Assembly (NCBI GenBank): GCA_002633005.1
Contig: NMRA01000003.1
Coordinates: 542,696-606,695, forward strand
Length of the DNA: 64,000 nt
From: Phoronis australis
Taxonomy: Eukaryota > Animalia > Phoronida
Reading direction: 5' to 3'
The notes beneath the pieces are model-generated. The model was not told the origin of the DNA. It did no database searches and saw only the letters and a list, made by a program, of their open reading frames with translations. Each line of letters starts with the position of its first letter. Position 1 is the first letter of the stretch. Below are positions 11,294 through 23,900 of the stretch, piece after piece. The position numbers and the translations under genes were made by a program.

Positions 11294-13559
11294 AAATACC
11301 TTTTAAGGGCTGCTGCAATTCCCCAAAAGTCAGTTTATGTGGAAATATGTAATATCATACAGATCATGATATATTACATACCTTCATATAATTTACTTTA
11401 GTGTCAGAGAAAATTCAGCTCAGAAAAATGTTTTGTAGTTAAAAAGACCTATGATCAAGTTTTAGTCTATGTATCTCTAATCAAATCGTGCTGTGAACTG
11501 TACTTATTGTAACCGGCAGTATGTTCAAAGACTTTGTTAAGTTTTTCTGGTAGTATATCTTAATTAAGGTGAGAACTGTGAGATTACAGGTGTTTTCACT
11601 ATGATAGTTGTTAGAATTGAGCCTTTGAACTGCTTACATTGTTTATAGATAATGCTTTGATATATTTGAGTTGAGTGACCTGTTATGTTGACAATCTCTC
11701 TGTTGCAGTTCAACTGTAACACAACAAACTTGGTTGTTAGTTCACTTATCATGTTATATTCTGCATGCCCTAGTAGTCAACTGTACTAGTATAGAAACTA
11801 TGTATAGCATAGAAGTCCTATTTTCTTTAGATTTAAGTTAGTTTGATATGAGTATAGTAAAGTGCCATCCACAAACAGACTTACCCTAGAACAAGTTATT
11901 CCTTGAAGAAGTTGTCCCTAGGTTTGAGTGCTGTCTGGACGCTTTTTAATGTAGTGCAACTTATGCCACTTGTGACAACTTAGTAGACATTATTGAGGTG
12001 GCATAATTTGTTCTGGGGTTGCTTGCGCCACTTGCAATCGTTATCTGGCCACAGAAGTGGGATAGGGCAGAAGTAATTATCACCTGCGGTTACCTACAGA
12101 CATGTATTCTCTTGCACACCGTATTGGCACCATGTTCATTGTTACGCACAGAGCGACGACTTCCGCCTATCACTAGTTATCGGATATGTGTGTTTTTTGT
12201 GTGCACACTCCATTTAAAAGTGGGGTAAGTTTCACTAGTGCAAGTTGTACTGGGGTTGGCTGTGTGTGGACAAGACTTTAGTTTCTGTTTTGGTCTTGGA
12301 GCTGCAAGAACTGTTGCCCATGGACATGGTCATGGTTCATGTGCTCTGATAATCTTTTAAATAATTGTCAAACCGCAGTGCCATCACCACCAAGTTGGGC
12401 GTGTGCCAAGGTTTTCTTAAATTTGAACATTCATTCAAGATACGACTGTTCAAAACTTAGCCCGTTGTGTGCTATGTCACACTCCTTAAACGTTGTCTCT
12501 TATATCAATAGGTATTAGGTAACAAAGTCAGAGATCTGGTACTAATGCTGAAAAACGATCAGAAAAAATAAAATTCTTATCTGAAGTGGCAAGGGTGTCC
12601 AAAATCAGTGAGGTTTTATCATACTTCTCACTTCCTATGCCATGAATTCAAAAACTTTCTGGTAATGTTTAAAATGCTACTTCATAAAAAATGTTGTTTT
12701 GAGGTGTTGTATCTCTTTTTTGTAAGATATTCAAAACTTTGAATTAAATTTTATTTTATACAAGTTGTTGTTGTTTTCTATTGAAAATTGTCATTTTTGA
12801 AGGACTCTTACATTTACATGCTAGGTTTGTTTTCATTTTATCTGTCAATCAAAACAAACGCCACACAAAAATTTCTCCAACTATGCAAAGCATTATTGTT
12901 TATCAGACCTTTCTCTTTAAGTGAGTGAGCTGTGTGTAGAATAGTTTCAACGTTTTGGGCTTTTTATTTTTTGTTCCTTTGTCGATTTTCTTGTCGGAAT
13001 GGTCGAGGTTCACGTGTCGAAAGTGTTGAGGGCCTTGCAACCAGGCGTGAAGCCACGTGGATTATAAAACCCTTCATAAGTTCGCTAAAATTTATAAATT
13101 GCTGCAACTTCTATTAAGTTCTGATATTTGTCACATAGCTTTCGAAACCATAATTATGTTTAGTTCCATATCTGATTTAGATAATGTTATGCAAGTAGAG
13201 TGTAATTGACCTGTTATTCTTGCAATATTTTAGTCTTTCTGATATTTCAGTGTTCAAGCCCAAGGACATATTTTAACCAAATATCAGATGCACAACACAC
13301 CAAGCCAAACACCGTATAAAAGATTATATAGAAAAGACAGTTAAAATCACCATTTTTTAAGGTTATGTAGACCGCTAGAAAAATGTCTAAATTTGGCTGA
13401 TTTTGGAACAGAAATAGCTGATCAGATTCGTATTTAACTTTCCATGACTGCGTTATGGACTGTTCTCCAGTATGCTGTTACGTATTCCTTTTAAAGTGCT
13501 CTACTTCTACTTGAGTGGTTGTTCTAAATTAGGAATCTTGGGATTTTCTTTAAAAAATT

Positions 13560-13860
13560 GAAATTTGCATTTAAAAAAACTGAAACGAAGCTTAATTTAG
13601 AACACAACATTTTTCTGAGATTTCATTTTGAACATTCATATCAGATGAAATTTGGTCTTGTTATTGGTCCTGTTTGACTGGCTCTATAGCGTTCTTTTGC
13701 TCTACATTGTACCAAAAAGACGTGGTCACGTGACCCAATTAACAGCTGATTATAAGAAAGTCAAGACAAATTTTAGAGGCTTTCTACTTTCATAAAATAT
13801 GTACTTTTTGTATATATTTGGCTAAATACATTGACAAGTCAATAAGATCCTAGATAACCT
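13560..13860 (+). repeat. Dispersed repeat (internal part of a DNA transposon family), homologous to ~30555-30870
   Basis: Colinear shared blocks: TTAATTTAGAA, TGAGATTT.ATTTTGAACA, TGTTATTG, GTGACCCAAT, AAAGTCAA, GGCTTTCTACTT, ATCCTA. Confidence 0.55.
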
Positions 13861-15031
13861 TCACCTTCCACTAGGTGGCACGTTTTTTTCGAGGACACGT
13901 TCTGTGTCTGACATATTTAACCTTTGTGAATATACTTCCAAGGTCGAATTTGGTCAGCTTTGTAGTCAACTTTCTCCACAAATATGCTTTGTTTTGATGC
14001 AAAATGTAAGTATAGTGTTGCCATTTTCTCATCTATTGAGCTGATTAATGCACGTGTCATGTTCATGTGTTACTGTTTAATGAACGCGCAACTTTTTAAA
14101 CAATGACTGCCATTTTTTGCCTTTTACTACAGTAATGCAGTGCTTAGATATTTTTATGTGTACCTTAAATAGAGTTTTTTGACAAGTTGTTTATTTGCAC
14201 ACGTTTTGAAAACTTTCACAGGTAAAATTTGATGGGGTGAGTTCTTCTTTAAGTTGGTTTCCCACACACTTCAAGGAATTTACTTCTCGTCAGTGATAAT
14301 GTGTTACTCGGCCAAAACTTTCTACAATTGAAAAAGGACTTTGTGTTGTTGAGCTTCAGTTTTCTGTCGTAACAAGTTGTTTTTATCACAAGCTGCGTTT
14401 ACTCGCCAGACATGAAAGGGTTTGTTGTAACATGTTTCTGGATTTTAGTTTAATGTATCTGGTACAGTTTTTACAGTCGCTGTTGTCTGGCAATATTTTG
14501 GGTTTGAACTAAAGAGGTACAGGCTATTGGTTGTCTTCTTGTAGTTTTTGGATACGGGAAAGTTTAATATGGTCTCAGCAGAGCTCTTATCCCCAATTGT
14601 TAAATAATGCTAATACCCGTGGATTTGGGAATTTTTTGTACCATTTTCAGTATCAGAATAATGTAAAGAAATGGTTTAATTTGAAATTAAGCTGCCTTAT
14701 TCACAACAACTGTATTGTATTGTCCAATTGATGAAAATTTGTATTTCTGTTGAGTTTGATCCATTTCTCCACAAGTGAGCATTAACGGTGAGGTCCAGTA
14801 TTCCAAGTTTAATAGGTCGCCTTGTAAGGCTTCGTGGTCTTCCATTGTGTGACAATTGGACAATAAAGGCGATGTCATTAGCAAAACCTCTGACCTGTGA
14901 TGACGACCAGTTGCCTGGTTCAAAAACATTTTATATAGCACTGAACTTGGTGAAATGTGCCTCTCCGAGCATAAATGGATAATTTCAACTTGTCGTGAGT
15001 TTGTGTCCTTATATCCTATGCATTGTTGCAG

Positions 15032-15274
15032 GACTTTGAAGATGAAACTGTCACCGAAAGGTTAATTGGTTTAACGGAGATGTTCCCGGAGTGGCTTCGT
15101 CATGGTGTCTCCGTGCTTACTAGCTATACCATTTATGGAACAAAGAGTGCCTTGCACTACAGTAAGGCTGGTCTATGGGTGGCAGCTTCCTCAGCCACCA
15201 TCATGTTACTGCCGGTTATGTTTGAGTCTGAGCGGTCCCAAATGGAAGAGCAGCAACTTCAGCAACAGAGACAG
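15032..15274 (+). CDS. TOMM22: Mitochondrial import receptor subunit TOM22, internal exon (phase 0/0)
   Basis: DFEDETVTERLIGLTEMFPEW...LWVAASSATIMLLPVMFESERSQMEEQQLQQQRQ matches the Tom22 signature (DETLSERLWGLTEMFP...LPVVFETEK.QMEQQQ). Acceptor TTGTTGCAG, donor CAG|GTTGGT. Confidence 0.95.
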
Positions 15275-15294
15275 GTTGGTGACTGACTCGGTGT

Positions 15295-15315
15295 ACACAC
15301 ACACACACACACACA
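15295..15315. repeat. (CA)n microsatellite running into an assembly gap (N 15316-15367)
   Basis: Seen directly. Confidence 0.9.
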
Positions 15316-16569
15316 NNNNNNNNNNNNNNNNNNNNNNNNNNNNNNNNNNNNNNNNNNNNNNNNNNNNAAAAAACCACATCACCTTGTCAATTTAAAGAAA
15401 ACGGATTAGAATCAGTTATGCTATTTTCTTTGGCTTTTTGTGTAACCGTATCCGCAAGACTGCATTTAGCGAAATATGTAAGCAACTATAGAAACCTCAC
15501 GGACATGTGTTTTGAGAAATTATGGACATTCACTATGATATTGGATGCCTTTAAAATGAATAAAAATCAATTTTGACAAGGGGTGACTCAATATTTTCTA
15601 GGTGGTGGTTATAAATAATGGTTCCTTTTTTGACATCTGAATAATTGGAGAACAGAAAAGATTTCATCAGTATGGTGTTCATGTTCTTGTGATAACGGAA
15701 CCACATAGTTTACCTATATAGTGGCATTTTTGTGGGAAGGTCACTTCAGTCTGAATTTGGCAGATTGTCTGGATATTTTCTGAAAGTAGAAAGCCGGCGG
15801 AATTTGATTTTAGATCGACACTAATATGCTTTCAATATTAGGCCATCTCATGTGCTCACCTCTTGTTATAAATATCAAACAAAAAGAATGGTATCTTCAT
15901 ACCAAAACAGCTGTATTTAGTAACATGACCAAGTTGAAATCTCAAAAGTCCTGATAGTTTTCTAAATTTTTGTTTTGTTTTCATTGATTTTTTCAATAAA
16001 CATCCCATGGTTCATATTTTTTATAGCCTCTAGTGCAAAAGTGGGGCATTTGAAATATACGTCATTATACATAAAGCTTTATTTGAATCCAATCGGCTAG
16101 TGCACCAAAGTTCCCCAACCTTGGGCTTTTTTCTAGAGTTAACCTCAAAGGGCCAAGGTTCTATTTTAGACAATTGCGTATTTGTGTTTTAACGTCCTTA
16201 AAAGTAACTGGCTACCTCCTCTTCCTAATTTCACACTTTTTAAATATCTTAAAACACAACTCATCAACCTATGAAACCATATGTTTCTCAAATCCTTGAT
16301 AATCAACAGAAACCTACTGCACTCACAAAAATAATGCCTTACTGTTTTTAGTCACGTGATTTTCCAAGTTTGGCGTGGGGTAAGTGGTAACTGCATATAC
16401 GTGACAATTTTTGCACGAACTATCTCTACATTCTGTCGTGTACCTCACGGTGTCTGGAAAAAATTAGCAACGTTTATTTTGACTAAAAACCCATTCGTCA
16501 AAAATCTTGACTTGGGTCATTTCATTGAAAAAATGACATTCATTTGAGAATGATTTTGATGTCTTGTAG

Positions 16570-16674
16570 ATTTTACTGGGTCCTAATGCTGCTGTGTCTG
16601 GCAGCCACATGCCAGGAATGCCAGGAGTTGGCCATGGGATGATGCCTATCCCTTTACCACCCCAGCAGGCGTAG
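16570..16674 (+). CDS. TOMM22: TOM22 last coding exon
   Basis: Acceptor TCTTGTAG, then ILLGPNAAVSGSHMPGMPGVGHGMMPIPLPPQQA*. ILLGPN is the conserved metazoan Tom22 continuation after QQRQ. AATAAA at 17186-17191. Confidence 0.93.
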   Translation: MLLGPNAAVSGSHMPGMPGVGHGMMPIPLPPQQA

Positions 16675-19600
16675 GAGAGTGCTGGTCATTCAACGGACAT
16701 TCGTGGTTGAAGAGTGACATTGTATTGTGGAGACGCCGTTAGAAGATTGTATTTCTTACCTGTTTGTATCAAGCACTTCACCCAAGTGGGGTGGTATTCT
16801 CATTGGAGCTCCATTTACAAATAGTTACATTTATTACTGAACATTTACTTTTGTTCACTTTTGGAGACCTGTCAATGTTGTGACGTGAAGTAGGTGAGAG
16901 AACTGAAAAACGACTCTAAACGCTATTTATGATGTGTTGTCAGTTTAACTGCATTGTAGTCTTCCTAAAACCTTACTTAAAATTTAAAAATTAAAGTTCC
17001 AAAAAGGAGGAAATAGAAAACAACCGATTTTCATTAATTGTTAATTAATGCCAAGTGACCTGAACGCATAGCATGAAGGTGCTGTAAACAAAAAAGGTGG
17101 GTCTGTGCTTAATCAGGTCCTCTGGACATGATTGCTGACATTGAGATCGAGACAGGACTCAATTCTCTCTAAATTCTTAAATGTTAATAAATTTTCCATT
17201 TATTATTTGTTTGAGTTTGTGCCATAACGCTAAATCGTCATGAGAGACCGTTCGGAGTTGGTATATGGTGCAACTCCGGACGGTCTGGGGTCAACAGAAA
17301 ACCACAGTTCAACTGTGAGTCTACACCAATGTGATAAACGAGAGTAGTTCTACTTGCTACATCAGCTGCAGGTATGCTCATCTCTTTTATGACACCCAAT
17401 GTGTGATTGGGCAAAGCGTTTCCAAAATAATGTGGATAAATCAGGGGAGTGTGAGACCCCTGAGGTCCCTGTCAAGTCCTCACGACAATTCTACGTTATG
17501 CTACTTCAGTCTTTCAATCTTCAAGAAGTGTGTGCATTTTTGGCAGTACGCATGCAACACAGGAGTTGTGAAATTCAGGCTAGTTCATAGATTGTGTTGA
17601 AAGAGGATATGATATACTATCTCAATTGATGGTGATAAATTGAACCTCATTGAGCTCAGGCTATATTTCACTGGTCTTCCATGACAGGAATCTACCATGC
17701 TAGGCATAAAGAATTGTGGGATAGCAGTTATGTCCAAGCTCAACTTTTGAGCTCTAGGATTATGGTAAAGTTTCTTTATAGATCACAATATAACAGAACA
17801 GTGAAATTTCATTTTATCTGTAAGTAAACAAGAAGACAATTTCACCTCTTTATGTGAAAACTAATATAGTACAGCTGTCAACAAACGCTAAGCACTGGTA
17901 TCTTGAAGGTGACTAATTCCCACATCCCGGATGCAGCTCTCCTCTTTCATGAATGTAAAAAATGCATTGTGTTATTGACCTTGTTTTCAAAAGGTAGGAC
18001 CACTAACACACTACTGAGCCAGGTCAGACAAGTGAATACCAGTAATGATTTATGGCGCCTCAGTTTTTTCAGTTGTTTTTATGTCCGTATTGCAACTCAC
18101 GGCAATAGTCGGATATATGCTGCCCATATTTTGAGAACCAGTTTGATGCTCATTATTCAGTGGAGAATACTGGTTCTCAAAATGCAGGCACGTCATATCC
18201 GACCATCACCCAACTCACTATGCAGTAGAAAAACTTTAGTAGTATTGCAATGACAAACAGTAAAGTGACCAGCAGTGTTCAACTGCTAGCCAAATGCCCT
18301 AGGGACGGTGTACAGTATTGTGGGTAAATACAGGAGAAACGGCTGTAGCATTTTGTGAAGTGGAGATAAATATATTCTAAATGTCAGTGATTACGTATCA
18401 CAATTAATTAGCTGATTGAACTGTGTCGCTAGTCCTGTAGTGTTGTGTGGTAATGCAAAATATATGTTATGTAAATGTGTATGTCAGTGCTGGTGTTGTT
18501 TCTGTTCACTGAAGACACGGCAGTACTTTTTGTTAGCGGGCTTGTGTAGTCTCTAAACAATCTCCTGTCTTCAGGCGTGCACCTATGAAGCAAAACACCA
18601 TGAGACATAATGGACAAACAAGTTAAGATACTAGCTATATTTCGAGACCAAGTGTCTCATCATCTGGCACAGTGTGAAATTAACATATATAGGAAGCGAA
18701 ACTAACAGTGAAATAAAGGATGTTGTTTTCAGCTGGTAGAGGGCATACAAGCAGAGTGTGAATGTATTACATGGTAGGAAGCTCATAAGCCTCACCCAAC
18801 AGAGTCAGCGTGTTGTTGTTCATTCATCACGTTTTTCACGACTGATCAATAGGGATTGACAATGAACAGACATATGGGACAGTTCTCATTCCTGGTGTCC
18901 TTAAAAGTATTCTACAAATATGCCCAACGCAGTGCTGTACCCTCTGGATTCACCCCTGCAATGTGAAACTAAGTGGGAGCAAGATAACAAATATAGGTAG
19001 TATTGGCCTTCGCTAAGGAATTTCGGTATTACTGCAGGGAAGATTCTGAAGCTTAATTGTTCATTGACTTTTAACTTCGCTTCGTGGTGTCTGCATACTA
19101 TTTTCAAGAAACTAAATGACGTTTCTTTACCTTCTTTTCAACACTTTTTGTTTGTTCTTAACGCCTGAAAGTCTCAAAAATCTACCTATTGGTATACAAA
19201 TCCTTGGTCTATTTCCACTCTCGTCAAATTTCACCCAATAACTTCTTGAAAATGTGTCCACAGCAGGCGTATGTATACCCGTCTCGGTTGAAAGAGGTGG
19301 ATGTATTACTAGGTAGCATTTGTAAATTCGTTAGTTAAGTTGTGGCTTATACAACATTTTTGTGCGAACTGGGTGTTCTTTTTCTGTACCAATGCTAATG
19401 TGTTGAAATACTTGCATTAAATGGTGACATTTACCTGCCACGCATGAAAGAAAATTGTGGTCAACGTTGGCATCCAATGTCTATATTCCTGAACACGTCT
19501 TGATGTAAACTTAATTGCAATAGGGCCTACATCTGATCGTTTACAAATCTGACTAGTGACTTGGACTGTGACTACTTTACTGCTCGAGTCACCGAATGTA

Positions 19601-20197
19601 GATACCTCTCCCTGGCTCCGGGAGCCCAGTTGCTAAAACGCCTGAGCATGTGCCGAGTCAGAACGGAGTTACTTGAACTAAAAAAAAATTACTAACGATC
19701 AAATGATTGTTAAAGTAGAGGGGAACTAGGGAAAAGGTGGCGCGAAGGTTTTTGACTTCATTGTCATTCCGTTGATAACGATATTAACGTACGTATGTTT
19801 CGCTTCGTTGACGTACGCAAACGTTTGACAGATGTTCCAAATGGGACTTATAAATGCATTGTTTTCACTGGAAAAGCTAGTGTCAACTTTAAAATTTCCG
19901 AAAACTTTTGTTTGGCTCCAACCTTCTGGAACCAAAAGAAAGTTATGTTATTGACACAAGCTTTCTGTTTATTAAAGCAGCGGTTAACTCCGTGTTGGGT
20001 CCAACAAACGATAAAATATGATTTAGACCAATGAGATATAGAGATATCTGATTTAGACCACTCACATCTATTGTTATATGAACTTGCTCTTTGTATTGTA
20101 TGAAATGCAGTTTCTTGATTGCAAAGAAATGTTCGACTATTCATTATTTCTTGAGATCATGCTCCACGCATCATAACAAGCCAAATTCTTGAGCCGG

Positions 20198-20228
<31 letters not shown>

Positions 20229-20964
20229 GAAGTCATGGAATAAACTCGAATTTGTCTTTGAACAACTATGAACAATTGACAACTTCATTACGACAAGTGG
20301 TGTAAATCAAAAGCTGAGTTTTGTGGTCAAAGGCGGACTTGGCCTATTGACGCTTTTACAATAACATTAAGCTATGATTTATGATTTTATATCGTAATAT
20401 ATGAACGATTGCGAAAATAATCCACTAATTTTGTTGTCATTTTTATTGCTTAAAAGCTAAAAAGATTATTTTGACATTATTGCATGCCGGATTGTCAGAT
20501 TCTGTATATTTCTAGAGAGGTCTGTCATAACATTTCTTTATTCGTTGTTTATTGGATGAATCGTAGGAAAAACAACTGAAAGTAAAATACTAGTTATAGA
20601 CCACGAAGGATAACGTGCGTTTGCTAACAGTAGACCTCCACGTGAATATAAGTGATATCTAGGTGATGGCAGCACGTGATGTACGATTCCTCCGGCGTGT
20701 TTCCCTTTGCCTGGTTTCCCTGCCCTTGCAGTGGCGCTGCTTGCTTGCTTAGTTTGCAGGTAAGGGCGGAGGGTCCAACCATATTTTTTTGAAAAAATGC
20801 ATGTCATGCGGCGTAAGCCCTGAATGCAACATGCTGACGGCCTTTTTGGGCGTGGCCGTAGGGAGTTTCCTGAATCCGCCTATGAGTAGAATGAAAGCTC
20901 GAAAATCCTATGGAAAACAAATTACTAAAATAGTACACTCTACATGATGGTCATGCCCAAACTC

Positions 20965-23900
20965 TTATCTTATCTCCTTCGAAATGGTGATGTCGTCATC
21001 CATGTAACTCGTCTTGCTGCTTGCTGTGCCGGTCGTATTCCGTCGCTTTTGTTGTCGATCCACGGCGCTTTCTGACGGTATGGCGGACATGTGGGTTTCT
21101 ATTGGCTGAGAGGGCCGGCCCTCTATCACGGATTGTTTTCGGCCGAAGTGCGGTTTGTAAGACAGGCGCCGGATGGCAGTTCGTGAGAATGAGGCAACTT
21201 GAGATCCCGCCGCTTGGATACGCTCCAAACCTATAGAAGTAATCGGTGGTTCAGAAATGATTGGTTGTTGTTACCTTACGAAAAAAATGCGTTTCCTGAG
21301 CGTGTGAGACAGGTGCTGCAGCTCATGGGAGATACAGTTGCTTTAAACATTTATTAAGCGCAATCCATTAGCTCATTTGTTGTAAACGTAGTAAAGAACA
21401 GTATTGTGAGATTTTGTTGTTTCTATGACCCCTAGTGGTGATCCCAAAAAGGGTAATGATGTTCACCTTTACTTAGTTTGTCTCGTTCACGGTGCGCATA
21501 TTCCTCCTTTTCCTGAGCAGCTCTGACTTGCCGTATCCTCTCTATTTTTATCTCCTCGTGAACTTTGTTCTTGTCGAAGCCCAGTAGGTTGAATAGACGT
21601 AAGGCATAGTTGTGACGCCATCCGTTCCACGGAATGTTGTCGAAAGCTAGTGGGTAGATGGCTTGTGCAATATGGGACACACCTGAAGCAGTCACCAAGC
21701 TATAATCATCAAACTGTGGCGCTTTTATACGATATTCACTGATTATCAAAATGTCGCTGTTCACGGCAATCATGGGGCAGAAAATTGGAAGACAGTTATG
21801 CTTTTGTTGTGACCAACGTTCCTCCCGGTTGTCACGAATATCACTGCTAACAGGATCGTCACCAGTGTGCCCTTCTCTCGATAAAAATTAAAATATATCG
21901 GGAAGTAGTTCGCTAGGCTATATGATTAAACGATCATCTGCTTAACCTGCCATTATTAGTGACAATGCTGTTTTAAACTGTAATTGCTTTATGTGTCCGT
22001 GTGGCAATATCGTTGTCACTAACAGATTATCAAGTAATAAAGTCATAGTTTGGCATTAATAATATACAATTAGTTTTCGCAGAGGCCATTATACTACTTT
22101 TCAAACCCCAAAAATTTGATAATTGTCGAGGAGAGCCGAAGTCATTCCATAGTGTTTTGGGGTCAAGATCCGAATGCATATGATCACATCCGCCAAGCAA
22201 GTCATGGAAAGAGACTATGGCTAGGATTTCGATCGTATGTCGTTCATTTGTTAGGTCAGTCAGCTACCAGTTTTACAACCAAACGTTGGGGAGATATTTT
22301 GAAAAACTTCGAGGAGATGTTTGGACTGCCGTGGACAAAGGAGCAGTAGCGTGATGGTGTGAACTGCGATGCCTCGATGCATGTTTGCACGGTTATTTAA
22401 AAACAAACGTGACGTAAGAATAGGAATGAAATAAAAAGGCTTTTTGAAGTATCCTGAAAAATACTATCGAGTACTGCAACTTGATTGCTGGTGGAGCGCT
22501 TTCCGAAATGAGACGGAAATGGGGTTCGAATTTCAATGAAATGGGGAACTGAACAAAGGGGGAAGAGCATGACCATTGATTTATTGACTCTGTGATACTG
22601 GTTTATAACTTCGTGATGTGTTCAAATCATACCGGGGTTTTCCGTAGAAACCGATAAAACGCCCATGGGCGTTTGTTCGGAAAATTATGCCGAATAAACA
22701 CACATGGTGTTACAACCTCTGACGTCACCCCACAGTCAACTTTTTGTCACAAATTCAGTTTTATGGAGCATTTACGTATAAAAGCGAACAAGGTGTTGTA
22801 TTTATTAACATAACATTTAAAAACACAGTTTTAAGTAAAAAAAATGTCAAAGTCAGCAAAACTGTGACTTTCGATCCGTTTACACGCCCTCCTTTTCCAA
22901 ATAAGCGCCCGAGCGTCTATTTGGTGTTACTAAAACGCCTGGCGTAAATTTTCATTTTCAGAATACACACCCATGGGCATGTCTACGGAAAATCCCGGAA
23001 AATTCGCTATGACCTCTGGAATGATGTCGCCATTTTAAGTTTTGTGTGAAATAATGCAGATCTCGCCGTGATTCGATATCGGAATCTTGTAGTTCGTGAG
23101 CCATTGCATTGTGCTACCAGCACATCAAGGAACTCGTAAGGCTTTATGATTTCAGGATTCTGACGTCATGGCTTGTTTTTGAATAATCGTTAAATAGAAA
23201 CCACCAGGTAAATACAAACATGCATCAAGAAATCGCATTCCCACCATCAAGCATGTGCAAAGCACAGGCGTCCTCAGCTTCTGATCGTCCCCAATACACT
23301 ACATATAATACTATAATATGTAGTGTATTGGGGACGATCAGAAGCTGAGGACGCCTGTGGTGCAAAGCTGTTTTCAAAGAGCAAAAGTGTTCACTGACTT
23401 TCCCACACAATGTGTCGACTTCAGCGCATGTACGCTAAGCGTGTTGACCCTAAGTCTGACATGGCATTGGTGTAACCCAATGATTTTAGGCGATCGTTTT
23501 GCCGTAGTAGTACCCTGTTGCCACAATTCATAACATCGCGGGGTCTCACAAAATATCGACTGTTCTTTTGTCTATTCCGAGCGTCTTTTGAAAGTCTTTC
23601 CAAAATCTCTTCATAAACGTTTTGAGTTAAAGCGATTGTTCTTGTCATTCTCCCACAACATCTAAATTTGAATCTCTCATGAGAACTCCTGATACTCCGC
23701 TTCTAAAATTCGTCACCTATATGATCTCAAGCGTCACAATTTACTATCCAGTCTATTGGCACCTGACAACGTACTGTCTAGTATATGTTATACTTTGAGC
23801 CTATGACCACATGTGTGTATTATATATATATGTCAGTTGGTTTTTCAGACCCCCAATCGTGATTATGACTTCCGTCTCGATCAATTTTGGAATCTGAAAA

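Noticed and set aside
14873-14949. MSLAKPLTCDDDQLPGSKTFYIALNL|GTGAAA as TOMM22 exon 1
   Set aside because: Phase fits, but the donor is weak and the peptide lacks the acidic run expected before DET. Kept only as an unlikely alternative.
23421-23648. 75-aa minus-strand ORF in the ARMH2-like intron
   Set aside because: No recognisable motif or fitting splice sites; possibly a TE relic.
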